The position numbers and the translations under genes are program-made. From assembly GCA_040285825.1 (NCBI GenBank), contig JAUPSS010000004.1, forward strand, positions 4,989,784 through 5,053,783: a stretch of 64,000 bases of DNA, given 5' to 3'. Positions 47,150 through 58,210 of this stretch are shown one piece after another (positions within the stretch are counted from its first letter, which is position 1; each line of letters begins with the position of its first letter). Source of the DNA: Eukaryota sp. TZLM1-RC. Taxonomy: Eukaryota > Protista > Metamonada: BaSk clade. The notes under the pieces are model-generated. The model worked only from the letters and a program-made list of their open reading frames with translations, made no database searches and was not told the origin of the DNA.

Positions 47150-48313
47150 TTTTAGGTAATTTGGTGAAAATTTGTCCATCAAATTTCCTTATCATGCATT
47201 TTTTTAGTCCTAAGTTTGCTGCAGTTGGCTTTTCAAAAGCAGAATATTTATGCAAAAGTGCTTTCATTGGTGGTATGAAAAATTTTCTTTTTGAGTGAGA
47301 TCTCTGGTTTGATGAATTTTCTTTGAATGATTCACATCCTTTATTGAAGTCTCTCGAAAATATGGTGCAAGAATTACCTATTGATGTGTGGAATATGTGT
47401 TTTCCTTCAAGTTTGCCTTCTGTCCGTTCGAGATCTGTGACTAATCTTCATCTTGCTGTTGTGAAACTAAAAGTCTGTTTTAAATGGTTTTGAAGACCTG
47501 GATTTTTCTAAACGACTTAGTGTAACTATGATTAAGAATCCCGTCTTTGCTGCCTTTTTGTCAGACATTCAAAATTGCACTAGTTTAATTTCTCAGCAAC
47601 CAAGGCCATTTGGTCTTCACTTAACAAATGAACCTTGGAAACAAAACATGCGTTTGAGACTAGGGTTGTATCCAAGTGTACTTTTAAATAATACTGCTTG
47701 TATTTGTAACGAAAAACCGACTGCCAATTTCCATCAAATTGTGAGTTGCAATAAGTTTCTTCAATATCAGTCAGTTCTTCATAATGCCGTTCGTGATGTG
47801 ACATATGAAATGTTTAGGTGTTACAATTTTAGTTGCAAAGTAGAACCCTTGTTGAAGCATTATAGCGATAATAATTTGTTTGCTTCTCGTCGTGGTGATT
47901 TAATTGCTCCTTTTGTGGATTCCTCTCAAGTTGTTATTGATTTTACTATTGTTGATTCCTTTGCTTCAATTTACTGTGATAATGTTTTAGTTAGTTCTAA
48001 GGGCCACTTGAACAAGGATGAGGGTCCTAAACGAGACAAATATGCTGAGTTATTGAATGATTTAAATAAGAACCTTCACTCGAATTTTTCTTTTGTTCCT
48101 TTTGCCTTGTCGATTTTTGGTAACATTGGTCAGTTTGGCTTGAATTTTCTCAGTGATTTTGATAATCTTTGTCGTTCAAGTGGTATGAATTTTGCTGGGT
48201 ATTTATGGAAGAATCGTATCATTTTTGCTTTGTATAGAAGTGTTCCCAAGTATTTAAATTTAATGATGTCCAAGCTGTATAAGGATTCATCAAGAGTTGG
48301 TGTGGAGAATATT
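47150..48313 (+). mobile_element. Non-LTR element family D, 3' part (RLE domain), interrupted by family A insertion
   Basis: CICN..HQIVSC..LHNAVRD, RRGDLI..VID, KRDKY; the sequence resumes after 51669 as ENIEF. Confidence 0.85.
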
Positions 48314-51300
48314 AAAACTTATCGTATTTATTGAATTTGCACACTTGATTAAATTAAATCATAACTAATGGGACGACTATCATTAAACCAAGATTTCCTC
48401 TACAAAATCTTAATTTGCTTGCTGTCTAGCTAAAGCTTCTCTAATTCGATTGAAAAACCGCGGTAATCTATTAATAATGGCAATTGAATCCGTGAACGCC
48501 ATAAAAAAATATCAAATCTTTTCATTGTTTTTTCTTTCACCATTTTTTGGAAGTCATCCAAAAAAGTTTCTGCTTCAACTGATAATCTTCCATTTATCGA
48601 AAATGGGAAAGCAATAAAAACCAGCTGTGTATTTCTATCGACATTTGCATCTTCAATTTCTTTATCATATTTTCTATGTTTTTCTTTTGCTTTAAAATTC
48701 AGAGCAGCCACAGGATTAAGTTTTTTTCTGTGAACCAAAGTATCGTTTGCAACATTACATGAGACAAAGTCAACAATAGCTTCAGAATTATCAATCCAAT
48801 CACAGTATACATCACCTCTATCATCAGGACCAAAATTATTCAGAGAAAGTGTTTCCTTCAGCAGGGGCTCTTTGATACACGATATCCTTGCAGTTTGTGC
48901 CATATTGAAAACAGTGTCTCTAACAGCATCATGTAATGAAGAACGATAAGTTATCAATTTAGAGCAATTTAGAGCATGGCGCAAAGTGAGTCGAGGTGAA
49001 TTCGTTCAAATACTTTTTCTTTTGATAATAATTGGTTAATGGGAATGTTCAAATATAATCTCATTTTTGTTACAAATGCTTCATTAGTGGCACACAATCC
49101 AAATCTTCGTGGTACAATGGTTACAAAAAGTGAAGAATCTGACGCCTTGTTTTCACAAACACCCTTTTCCAATAACAATGAGTGAAGATCTTGATTTAAA
49201 ACAGCCGAGCTGCAAATATTATTATAAAGATCTTTTTCATACATTCCAGTCAATCTTTTCTGTAATGTTCGAAGAGTGTACTTCAAATTTAAAACATTTT
49301 TTTCTGGAATATTGCCATTGAATGATTGGGGAAAACATCGACCCCATTTTTCTACATCAATTCTTGAAATTTCTTCATTTAATGCAAAAACAGTGGAACT
49401 TTGCGTTGTCATCAAGAAATCTTCCCAATCTGCAAATCTTTCGGAAAACTCAAAGATTGCATTTCTGCATCCACCAACAAAAGCACACGAGGTAAGAATA
49501 GAAGCCTTTGTCCACCCTAAACCACCATAATGTGGACTAAGGTAAGCATGATCTGGAATTTGAAACATTTTACATCCCAGTAATTGAGACAGAACTTTTG
49601 CACGTAACTCATTAAACTTTTGAGCCAAAGGTCTAGTGACGAGAGGATTTGTAGATCGAAATATATGATTAAAATTGGAACTAAAACACAGTCTTATAAT
49701 GGTAAATTTGATGTGTTTTTTATATCTAAATTCATCATTCGGTCAATTTTGTCAGAAATTGAGTTCAACTTTTCAAACAATTTTTTGGTAATTTCATCAT
49801 TATTTCCTAAAAACGAACCCAAATGACGAATAGCATCAATTGAATATAATTTGGCTTGAATTTCAATATCATCAATTATTGTGGAAACTGGAGAATTCGA
49901 TAACAAAACACATTTAAGTAAATTAAGTTGGAGACCAATTTTGGTAAATAATTCTTTTAAAACATACAGTTGCTTTTTTCACAATATTTAAATCACCAAT
50001 AAGCACAACATCATCCATATATGCAATCATTTTTAGTGAAGGAAACATCTCTTGAATTTGCAGTAGAATAGGATGAATGGCCAAACAAAACAAAAGAGGT
50101 CCTAACGGATCTCCTTGCTTTACGCCACTTGATGAACTCAAAATGTTGTTACCAAAATGTAAATTAGAATATGTGCAATATGTTGATTGAAAATATGGTA
50201 TTAATTCCGGCATATATTGCAATAGAGCACCATGGATACTGCGACGACTTAGTGAATTGAAAGCATTACTAAAATCCAATGACATGCAAACATTGGATTC
50301 ATTTTGACGAAATAAGACATCAGTAGCAAAAATCGCTGAAGAGACTCCATCTGTAGTATTTATACCATATTGAAAGGGTAATAAAATCTTTTTAGCTTTT
50401 TCATTGAACCTGCTTAAGCAACACGCAGAAAAAATATTGTGTAAGCTCTCAGAGACTGCAATAGGACGAACATCCATTTTTGAATTTTTGACAAGTGCAG
50501 TCAAACGAGAACTTCTTAATTCTTCTGGGTATTTGCGTTGACCAGATAATATTTGGTTGAAAAATTTGGTCAATAAGCCAAGGCAATCTTCTGAAGAAAT
50601 AATCGCGGCTTTTACATGATCAATAGTAATACCAGAAAGTCCGGCAGATTTACCACGAGGTCTCTTTTTGATAACCGAAAAAACTTCTGATGGCATCAAT
50701 GGATAATTTTCCCAGTATGTGCCGTAAAAATTTTGATCCATTACAGGGTCTTCATAAGGATGAAGTATTTTCAGTTTATCTATTGTATTTTCATTGTTCG
50801 GTGCTTTAACTCCGGGACTTAAAGCTGACAAAGCCTTGGACCATTTGTTGTCAAAGCATTTGTCTTCAAAAATTTTACTTAATTTCTCGGATGACTGATT
50901 TCTCGGTGCTATATTAGTTCAATCTTCGGAAATATTAACGAAATTTTGTTCAAAAGGAGGACAAAAAGAACCAAAAAATTCCCAAATAATATTGATAGCA
51001 TACTTTCCTTTACATAATTGATCCAAAAATCTTTGAAAAACGAAAGCAAATTCATTGCATTTGGTCGGATGAATTTCTTGAGGTATTCTTATAGGAGGAT
51101 GGTAATTATCAACTATGCGGCATTTCAAGCAGCGATCAGAAGTTTTTCCTTTTGCATTTTTTCTAAAAGAAATACCACAAGTGTTGCAAGTTTTGTGCTT
51201 CAATCGATTGCTAACTGGTTTTGCAACAACTTGTGGAGCAGTATTTATGGGTTCTACCTTAGACTCTTTCCTTCTAATAAATTTTCTTTTACATTTTGTT

Positions 51301-51656
51301 CCAGAATTTGCCGCATCATTTTTTCCAACATTGGGGCATGTTCGAGCATTATGTCCCTGTTGTCGACACTTTGAGCATCTGTAGGAGCGTGGCTTTGTTT
51401 TTGAACAAACTTTGTTTTCATCGTGATTGTCTAAAAATTCTTGATCAGAGTTTTTTTTTGTCCAAAAATGAAGAGAGAAGAGGTTGAGGAGGAGAGGTGG
51501 AAAGGACGTCTTGAGCATCTTGTTGACTATCGTTCTTTCTTTTGACTCCATTAGAATCAGAAACTGATTCAGGCATCAACAAGAAAGAATAGAAGCAATG
51601 ATCTCGGTTCAGCCAGGTTTTAAGTTAAACGGTTATATGTAGAGGAAAAAAAATAT
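48314..51656 (-). mobile_element. Full-length CRE-like non-LTR retrotransposon (family A), ~3.3 kb
   Basis: Zinc knuckle-RT(YMDD)-CCHC-RLE in one reconstructed ORF; one nonsense codon (50919-50921) and several small indels. 13-bp TSD TGTGGAGAATATT at 48301-48313 and 51657-51669. Confidence 0.92.
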
Positions 51657-51873
51657 TGTGGAGAATATTGAATTCGTGTGGTGGATGAGTATATTCAAAG
51701 AAATGAAAGACCTCAAGTTTTCAAAAGACCAGTTTGTTCATCTTCACTCTTGATGAGTTACTACCCGCTGAAGGGTACCATTAATGTTATTGTTTAATCG
51801 ACCGATCTTGTGATGGGTTAAGCTGATATCTTCATCTTGATTGATGCACCACATTCTTGTTTATTCTTCCATC

Positions 51874-53256
51874 ATGCGTCTCTTGTTCTTCCTACTCTTA
51901 CCTGTCGCTCTATGCTCTGTTGAGAGTGACCTACAGCAACTTACTAGCGCTTCATCTCCTCTCAGTTCTCGCTACCATTCCTCTCTCCACAACTCACCAC
52001 CTTTCACCTCAGTTTCTTCCCCTAACTACAAGTTCCAATTCATCCATCCTGTACTCAATCTAGACCTCTTCACTGGTATCTCTAATGTTGTTTCGTCTCC
52101 TACTTACATTATACTTGAAACTCAGTCTTCTATTGACCTCTTACTTGATTACCTCTCTGATACACCTCTGCCCATGATCATTATCCATTCCTTCCACCAC
52201 TCGAATGGCTCCAATGTTTACCTCACAGCTGGAAAACCTTTGAGGTTCAACCATGATTGTCTTTTTATCCCTGTGGTTCCCAAGCAACTCCATCAAGTCA
52301 CCAACTCTATTTGGATTAATTCCAATAATTCAGTGTCTCTTGTTTTTAATTACGATGATTTGGGTGGGGTTTCTGTAGGTAGTTTACAAGGTGAAGGTTC
52401 TAATATTCAATCTACAAAATCTCATTTTTATTTAAAGTCTGATTTAATTTTAAATTTAAATACCTCAGGGAGTTTTGTTTATGATTTCGAGTTTATTTTA
52501 AATGGAGAATCTGAGTTAAATTTAGCTCTTCTTTTTAATGGATTAACCCCTAATTTTACCTCTAATTTTTCACCAATTCGGCATGATTTCTGGGTTTATT
52601 TTGGACCTATTCCAATTCCAATAACAATGGACTTGTCATTAAGACTAGAAGGGCTCGTGAACAGCTCAGTTGGTCTGCTGGCTGAAAATTTCAGTTATGG
52701 AGTGAATTTTTCAACTTTCTGGGATCATAATTTTGGAATTTCTTATCACGATTCTGTTTTCGATACAGTTAATAATGGTAGTTTTAAAATTGATTTTGAT
52801 CATCATTTAAACTCTTTTAATCAATTATTTAATTTAAATTCTTTTTCTTTTAGTCCAAAATTAAAATTAAAATCCACTTTTCCTTCTCTTAACAATGTAC
52901 CTCTTCCAACTATGGGAGTAAGCTCAGAATTACAGCTCAATACTCAGAAGTCAACGGAATGTGACCTTCATGAACGATTTTTAACTGTTGATTGTGGAGT
53001 TTTGACTGATTTTGATATTCAGAATTACAACTTTTATTGCATTGTACCATTAATCAACCAAACTGTGGACGATTGTGAATTTTGTAATGAATGTTTAAAT
53101 CAAGAAGAAAATAGTTTTCCTTTTTACCTCACTCTTTCTATATGTGCTTTTGGATTTGTTTTTGGTGGAGTTTTTGGGTTTTTTGCTATTCGAAAACGTA
53201 AAATTGAGCAGAAAAGAGAAGAATTAAGCGGCGACTATTATTTGGTTGGTATTTAG
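51874..53256 (+). CDS. Type I membrane glycoprotein of unknown family
   Basis: Signal peptide MRLLFFLLLPVALC, many NxS/T sites, C-terminal TM, basic stop-transfer and YYLV tail. Confidence 0.75.
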   Translation: MRLLFFLLLPVALCSVESDLQQLTSASSPLSSRYHSSLHNSPPFTSVSSPNYKFQFIHPVLNLDLFTGISNVVSSPTYIILETQSSIDLLLDYLSDTPLPMIIIHSFHHSNGSNVYLTAGKPLRFNHDCLFIPVVPKQLHQVTNSIWINSNNSVSLVFNYDDLGGVSVGSLQGEGSNIQSTKSHFYLKSDLILNLNTSGSFVYDFEFILNGESELNLALLFNGLTPNFTSNFSPIRHDFWVYFGPIPIPITMDLSLRLEGLVNSSVGLLAENFSYGVNFSTFWDHNFGISYHDSVFDTVNNGSFKIDFDHHLNSFNQLFNLNSFSFSPKLKLKSTFPSLNNVPLPTMGVSSELQLNTQKSTECDLHERFLTVDCGVLTDFDIQNYNFYCIVPLINQTVDDCEFCNECLNQEENSFPFYLTLSICAFGFVFGGVFGFFAIRKRKIEQKREELSGDYYLVGI

Positions 53257-53544
53257 TGTCAATAAAACTTTGTATTTGTCTTTTTAAAAGTAACATTTAC
53301 ATTTAATTATAGCACAGTGAATTCAAATCAGATTTTCACAGCTGGAAACGGTGTACGTTTTAAAAAGACGCGAACTGTTTATTTTGTTATTAATGACGAT
53401 ATCCTGACTTTGTGAAGTAAATGGATGATATCAAACGTATGCCTGAGAAAATACAATACACTTCATTAATCAAACTAGTCTGTAAACGACTCAACAGTGA
53501 AAAGGGTCTTATGTATGAAAAATTGAAGCAGGCTTTTCTTTCAA

Positions 53545-54135
53545 ATGTCTACACCTACTCATCAACTTCATAGAAAATGGTACACTAGCATTTTTGGTCT
53601 CCAGAATGCTGGTCGTAACACTACCACAGGGCAGAAAAGCGAGGAAGTCTACAAAGCCGGCATTGTTGACATCAACGAATTCGATACAGTGGAAGGCTTC
53701 TGGTCCTTTATGCATGCTCTTCCTCAGTTATCCAGTATTCTTCCCGCAAAAGGTGGTCCTAACATACAATGCTTTCAACATGGCATCAGTCCCACCTGGG
53801 AAGATCCACAACATGCCCAGGGTTGTCGTCTCCGTGTTGAAATTCTGGCAAATGAAGTTTGTTTCCTTTGTCACTAACCCAAGATTGACAGTGCATGGAA
53901 TGAAGTTATTATGGCCCTTGTTGGGGAACAATTTGGAGACCTTGGAGATCACATAACCGGTGTCGTCTGCAGTTTAAAGTACAGCAAGAGAATAGACCTC
54001 TGGATGAACACTGATCACAAAGAAACTGTCCGCACCATTGCCACCAAATTGAAGACCCTTTTGAATAAGCAAAAATGTACGTTTGATGGCTTTGACGAAA
54101 GTCTTCCCCCTTCTGAGAAGCGTTATGATCTATAA
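53545..54135 (+). CDS. eIF4E-family cap-binding protein; intron 53857-53883
   Basis: HQLHRKW, FDTVEGFW, GISPTWEDP, AWNEVIMALVGEQF, ITGVV, RIDLW. Confidence 0.9.
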
Positions 54136-54424
54136 TGTGCTATTAGACCCTTTAACAGTTAAAATTATATCAGAAAAAATTAAAATAAAATAAACAATAT
54201 AAACCATAAACTGAAATATACACTATAGGTGTTTTCAAACCATAACTCTACCTATTGGATTTACATGTAAGGTTGTGCTTAAATGCAAAAGTTTAAATTC
54301 CAATTTTTCATTTTGGAACTCTGGAGTGATAAACACAATTGAAACAATTAAACAAGTTGATGTCCATTTTTAAAAATTTTCTATTCACCCCATCATAATT
54401 TAAAACAATAGCAACATATATGCT

Positions 54425-54615
54425 TTTTTTATTGAACCACAACACTTAATAAAATAAAATCAGAACTAATGGGACGAAATTCAATCAAAAATCTCTTCAT
54501 TGTTTTTTCCTTGAATTAATTTTCGGAAATTATTCTACAAATTTCCTACTTCTACAGATAGTCTTCTCTTTATGGAAAATGGAAAAGCAATAAAAACAAG
54601 GGGTCTGTTTCTATC
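54425..54615 (-). mobile_element. Decayed family A 3' fragment
   Basis: 3' UTR motif ctaatgggacg plus FIAFPFS-coding region. Confidence 0.6.
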
Positions 54616-55160
54616 TGGTTTCCATCTGCCACAACAATCCCTTTTGCGGGTCAACAAACAAAAACAGCTAATGTAGATGTCACGTGGTACAGCCGATACA
54701 CGTGTACATTTTAAGTGCTCAAAAAATTAATAAAAATTTTATTCTAAAATTTCCGGGACAAAATCCTCGAACGAACATCCATAAAAAAATGTTCAAAGTT
54801 GAAAAGAAGACTGGCTTTACAGTTACACAGGTCCGCTGAGAGCATTTCATCAAACTAGACCGATTCGTTGGCTAATCTTTGAAAAAAAAAAGTGTTTCAG
54901 CTAGTGAGATATAGTAAATTGTGACAGAGCGTAGTACACAGTGAAAAGGATCAGCGAAAGTAGACATCATCAATAGTTAATGAAAGGAGAGCGGCATATT
55001 TTGATGAGGAGAGGGAGTTGGCAGAAAGATCTACGACTGGATCAACAGAAATTGAAAGAATTAGGGCAGGGGTTTTTTAGGGAGAGGGGGGAATTGTTCA
55101 TCTAAACATCAAAAAATCATCAAAAAATTGAATTCTTCCACTTCAATCATCCTTCTATCA

Positions 55161-56111
55161 ATGACTGGTGACTTGCGAAGGCGCATACAGGACATACAAG
55201 CATCAGACTTGGATGCTATGGAGAAGGCTCAACAAATACAACAACTCTTCACACCTTGCAATACTAAAGTTCCACCATCTATTGAGACTGATGAACCTTC
55301 CATCATTCCATCATATCATGACGAAGCAGAAAAAGTTTTTGGATGTAAACACTATGCAAGAGATTGTGTCATTAAAGCAAAGTGTTGTGGAAAGTACTTT
55401 GTCTGCAGATTATGCCATGATGAACAAGAACTAGACCATAAGATTGACAGATTCAGTACAGAGTTAATGAAATGCCAACATTGTTTTTTAGAGCAGCCTG
55501 TTAGTCAGTTTTGCATAAACACTGAGTGTTCCGCTCATCTGAGTGGCTTGGCGAAGTATTATTGTGGTGTCTGTAAACTCTGGGATTCTCGCCCTAATGT
55601 TTCCATCTTTCATTGTTATGATTGTTCCATATGTAGGGTTGGGAGCAGAGAGGATACATTTCATTGTCATGGTTGTGGAATCTGCATTCCTGTTGCTTCC
55701 AAAGATCAGCACAAATGCTCTTCTTCCGCTAATGGTGATTGTTCCCTGTGCCTTGAGTCCCTGTTTTCCTCAACTACATCAATTACAACTATGGAATGTG
55801 GTCATTATATTCATCAAAAGTGTCTGACTCAACTATGTTCAGAAAGCAGGGACATTTTCTCTTTTCGATGCCCTGTGTGTCAAAAATGGATTACTGATGG
55901 TAGCAATTTCGAAGACACCATTCAAGAGTTTGTAGACCAGCATCCTATTGATAAGGATGTTCTCCACCAGTTGATGAAGGCAAGTGGTCAGGATGGAGAT
56001 TTAGTAGCTGAAGTGTATTGCTTTCAATGTGAAACTCATAGCAGTACTTGTTATCATCCATCTTATATGAAATGTGGTAATTGTGGTAGTTACAACACAA
56101 CGAAGGCTTGA
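55161..56111 (+). CDS. RCHY1: RING finger and CHY zinc finger protein (Pirh2-like E3 ligase)
   Basis: GCKHY..CRLCHDE CHY domain, CTCHY, RING-H2 CSLC..CGHYIH..CPVC, C-terminal CGNCGSYNT. Confidence 0.92.
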   Translation: MTGDLRRRIQDIQASDLDAMEKAQQIQQLFTPCNTKVPPSIETDEPSIIPSYHDEAEKVFGCKHYARDCVIKAKCCGKYFVCRLCHDEQELDHKIDRFSTELMKCQHCFLEQPVSQFCINTECSAHLSGLAKYYCGVCKLWDSRPNVSIFHCYDCSICRVGSREDTFHCHGCGICIPVASKDQHKCSSSANGDCSLCLESLFSSTTSITTMECGHYIHQKCLTQLCSESRDIFSFRCPVCQKWITDGSNFEDTIQEFVDQHPIDKDVLHQLMKASGQDGDLVAEVYCFQCETHSSTCYHPSYMKCGNCGSYNTTKA

Positions 56112-56244
56112 TTTTAACATAAGATCTTTGCTGCTTCGAAAACTTTGTACTGTGGAAAATTGAATAACTCAAAATAATGTAATAAAAATAATATGGTGAA
56201 CAGTATTTAGATATCACGCATACATTAAAAGTACTGCAGATCAC

Positions 56245-57990
56245 ATGTTGTCACAATTAATAGGATATAAAATGTTTCAAATTCCTGATCATACTCTTCT
56301 CAGTCCACATTATGGCGGTTTAGGTTGGACAAAGGCCTCACTTCTTTCTTCCTGTGCTTTTATCGGCGGATGCAGCAATGCAATTTTTGAGTTTTCTGAA
56401 AGATTTGCAGATTTTTTTTGTAAACAGTATTTTTATTGAACTTAAATTCTGTCTAATATTCAATATCCTCCAAACAAACGTCACTATTACTAAACCTACT
56501 CACAGCATTTCGTTTATATTCTACACCAATAGCTAAAAGAGTTCTAGAAATCATCGTTGGAACAGACCAGAAAACGCAAAAAACAATTCTATTTGACCAG
56601 AAAGTGGAACGAGATCTATTTTCAAAAAAGTCTAGTCCTGAAGGTCCAATATTGCCAAAAAGAGAAATTGCAAACGGCACAAACTGATATTTCGGATGTT
56701 CGACTCTACCTAGTTGTGCCACTGATTCTTCATATTTTTGTAGTTTCTCTGTTTCGGCGTTAAATAACGGCATATAAGCAGAAAACACTAAACGAGCAGC
56801 AAAATTTTTGCAAACATCTACTGAGACAAGATCGACAACGTTGAGAACACCATCGATCCCTGGAGTTACGAAATTTGCCCTGCTTTTGCCAAAGGAATCA
56901 TCAGTTTGATCTAGAGATAGCTTACGGTACTAAAGGTTCAAAAAGAGCCTTTTCAAATTTCAAAAATTGGTGCAGAAAAATGGGGTCGATGCTTTCCCCA
57001 ATCATTCAATGACAATGTTTCATAAAAGAATCTTTTAAATTTAAAATACACTTTTCGAACATTACAAAAACGATTGACTGGAATGTATGAAAATGATCTT
57101 TATAATAATATATGCAGCTGGGCTGTTTTAAATCAAGATTGTCACTTATTGAAATTGGAAAAGGGTGTTTGTGAAAACAAGCCATCAGATTCTTCACTTT
57201 TTGTAACCATTGTACCACGAAGATTTGGATTGTGTGCCACTAATGAAGCATGTGTATCAAAAATGAGATTATATTTGAATATCCCCATTAATCAATTTTT
57301 ATCAAAAGAATTCACCTCAACTCACTTTGCGCCATGCTCTGAATTGTTCTAAATTGATAACTTATCGTTCTTCATTACATGATGCTGTTAGAAACACTGT
57401 TTTCAATATTTCACAAACTGTAAGAATATCGTGTATGAAAGAGCCTCTGCTGAAGGAAACACTTTCTCCAAATAGTTTTGCTTCTGATAATAGAGATGAT
57501 GTATACTGTGATTGGATTGATAACTCTGAAGCTATTGTTGACTTTGTCTCATGTAATGTTGCAAATGATACTTTAGTTCACAGAAGAAAACTTAATCCTA
57601 TGGAGTGTTCTTGATTTTAGAGCAAAGGAAAAACATAGAAAATATGATAAAGATATTGAAGAAGCAAATACTGAAAGAAATACACAGCTGGTTTTCATTG
57701 CTTTCCCATTTTCGATAAATGGAAGGCTATCAGTAGACGCAGAAACTTAATTGAATGATTGCCAAAAAATGGTTCAAGAAAAAACAATGAAAAGATTTGA
57801 TATTATTTAGGGCGTTCTCGAATTCAATTTGCCATTATTCATAGATTGCCTCGGTTTTTCAATCGAATTAGAGAAGATTTAGCTAGACATCAAGCAGATC
57901 AAGATTTTGGAGAGGAAATCTTGGTTCAATGAATTTCTTCCCATTAGTTATGAGTTTATTTTGTTAAGTTTGCAAGTATAAAAAAAGTCA
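56245..57990. mobile_element. Family A 3' half (+) interrupted by antisense family B fragment (56430-56945)
   Basis: Family A sequence stops at ERFAD (~56415) and resumes near EKWGRCF (~56960); family B LEDIEY end lies on the minus strand between them. Confidence 0.85.
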
Positions 57991-58015
57991 AAATTTTTTC
58001 AAAAAAAATATTTTA

Positions 58016-58210
58016 TGACAATGGGGTAATGGTTGGACAATCTCGAATTCTTCTGATGATGGTCTTGGCTGTTGGTTATTGTCTGACATACAATGTGGAG
58101 TAACAGAAGTGTAATTTATTACGAAGAGGAATTGTATTCCCTCTTCTTAAGCTAACAGGCGGAATACTAATAACTAAACTATTAACTATAAATACTATTC
58201 AAGACTAACA
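58016..58210 (-). repeat. Putative 3' LTR (195 bp)
   Basis: Minus strand TGTTAG...TTGTCA directly after PPT GAAAGAGAGGAAAAGGCAG; the partner LTR is not in the window. Confidence 0.65.

Noticed and set aside
51555-51650. Self-cleaving ribozyme or Pol III promoter in the family A 5' UTR
   Set aside because: Only a GAATCAG/CTGATTC hairpin and an A-box-like TGGCTGAAC are visible; no hammerhead or HDV core and no B box.
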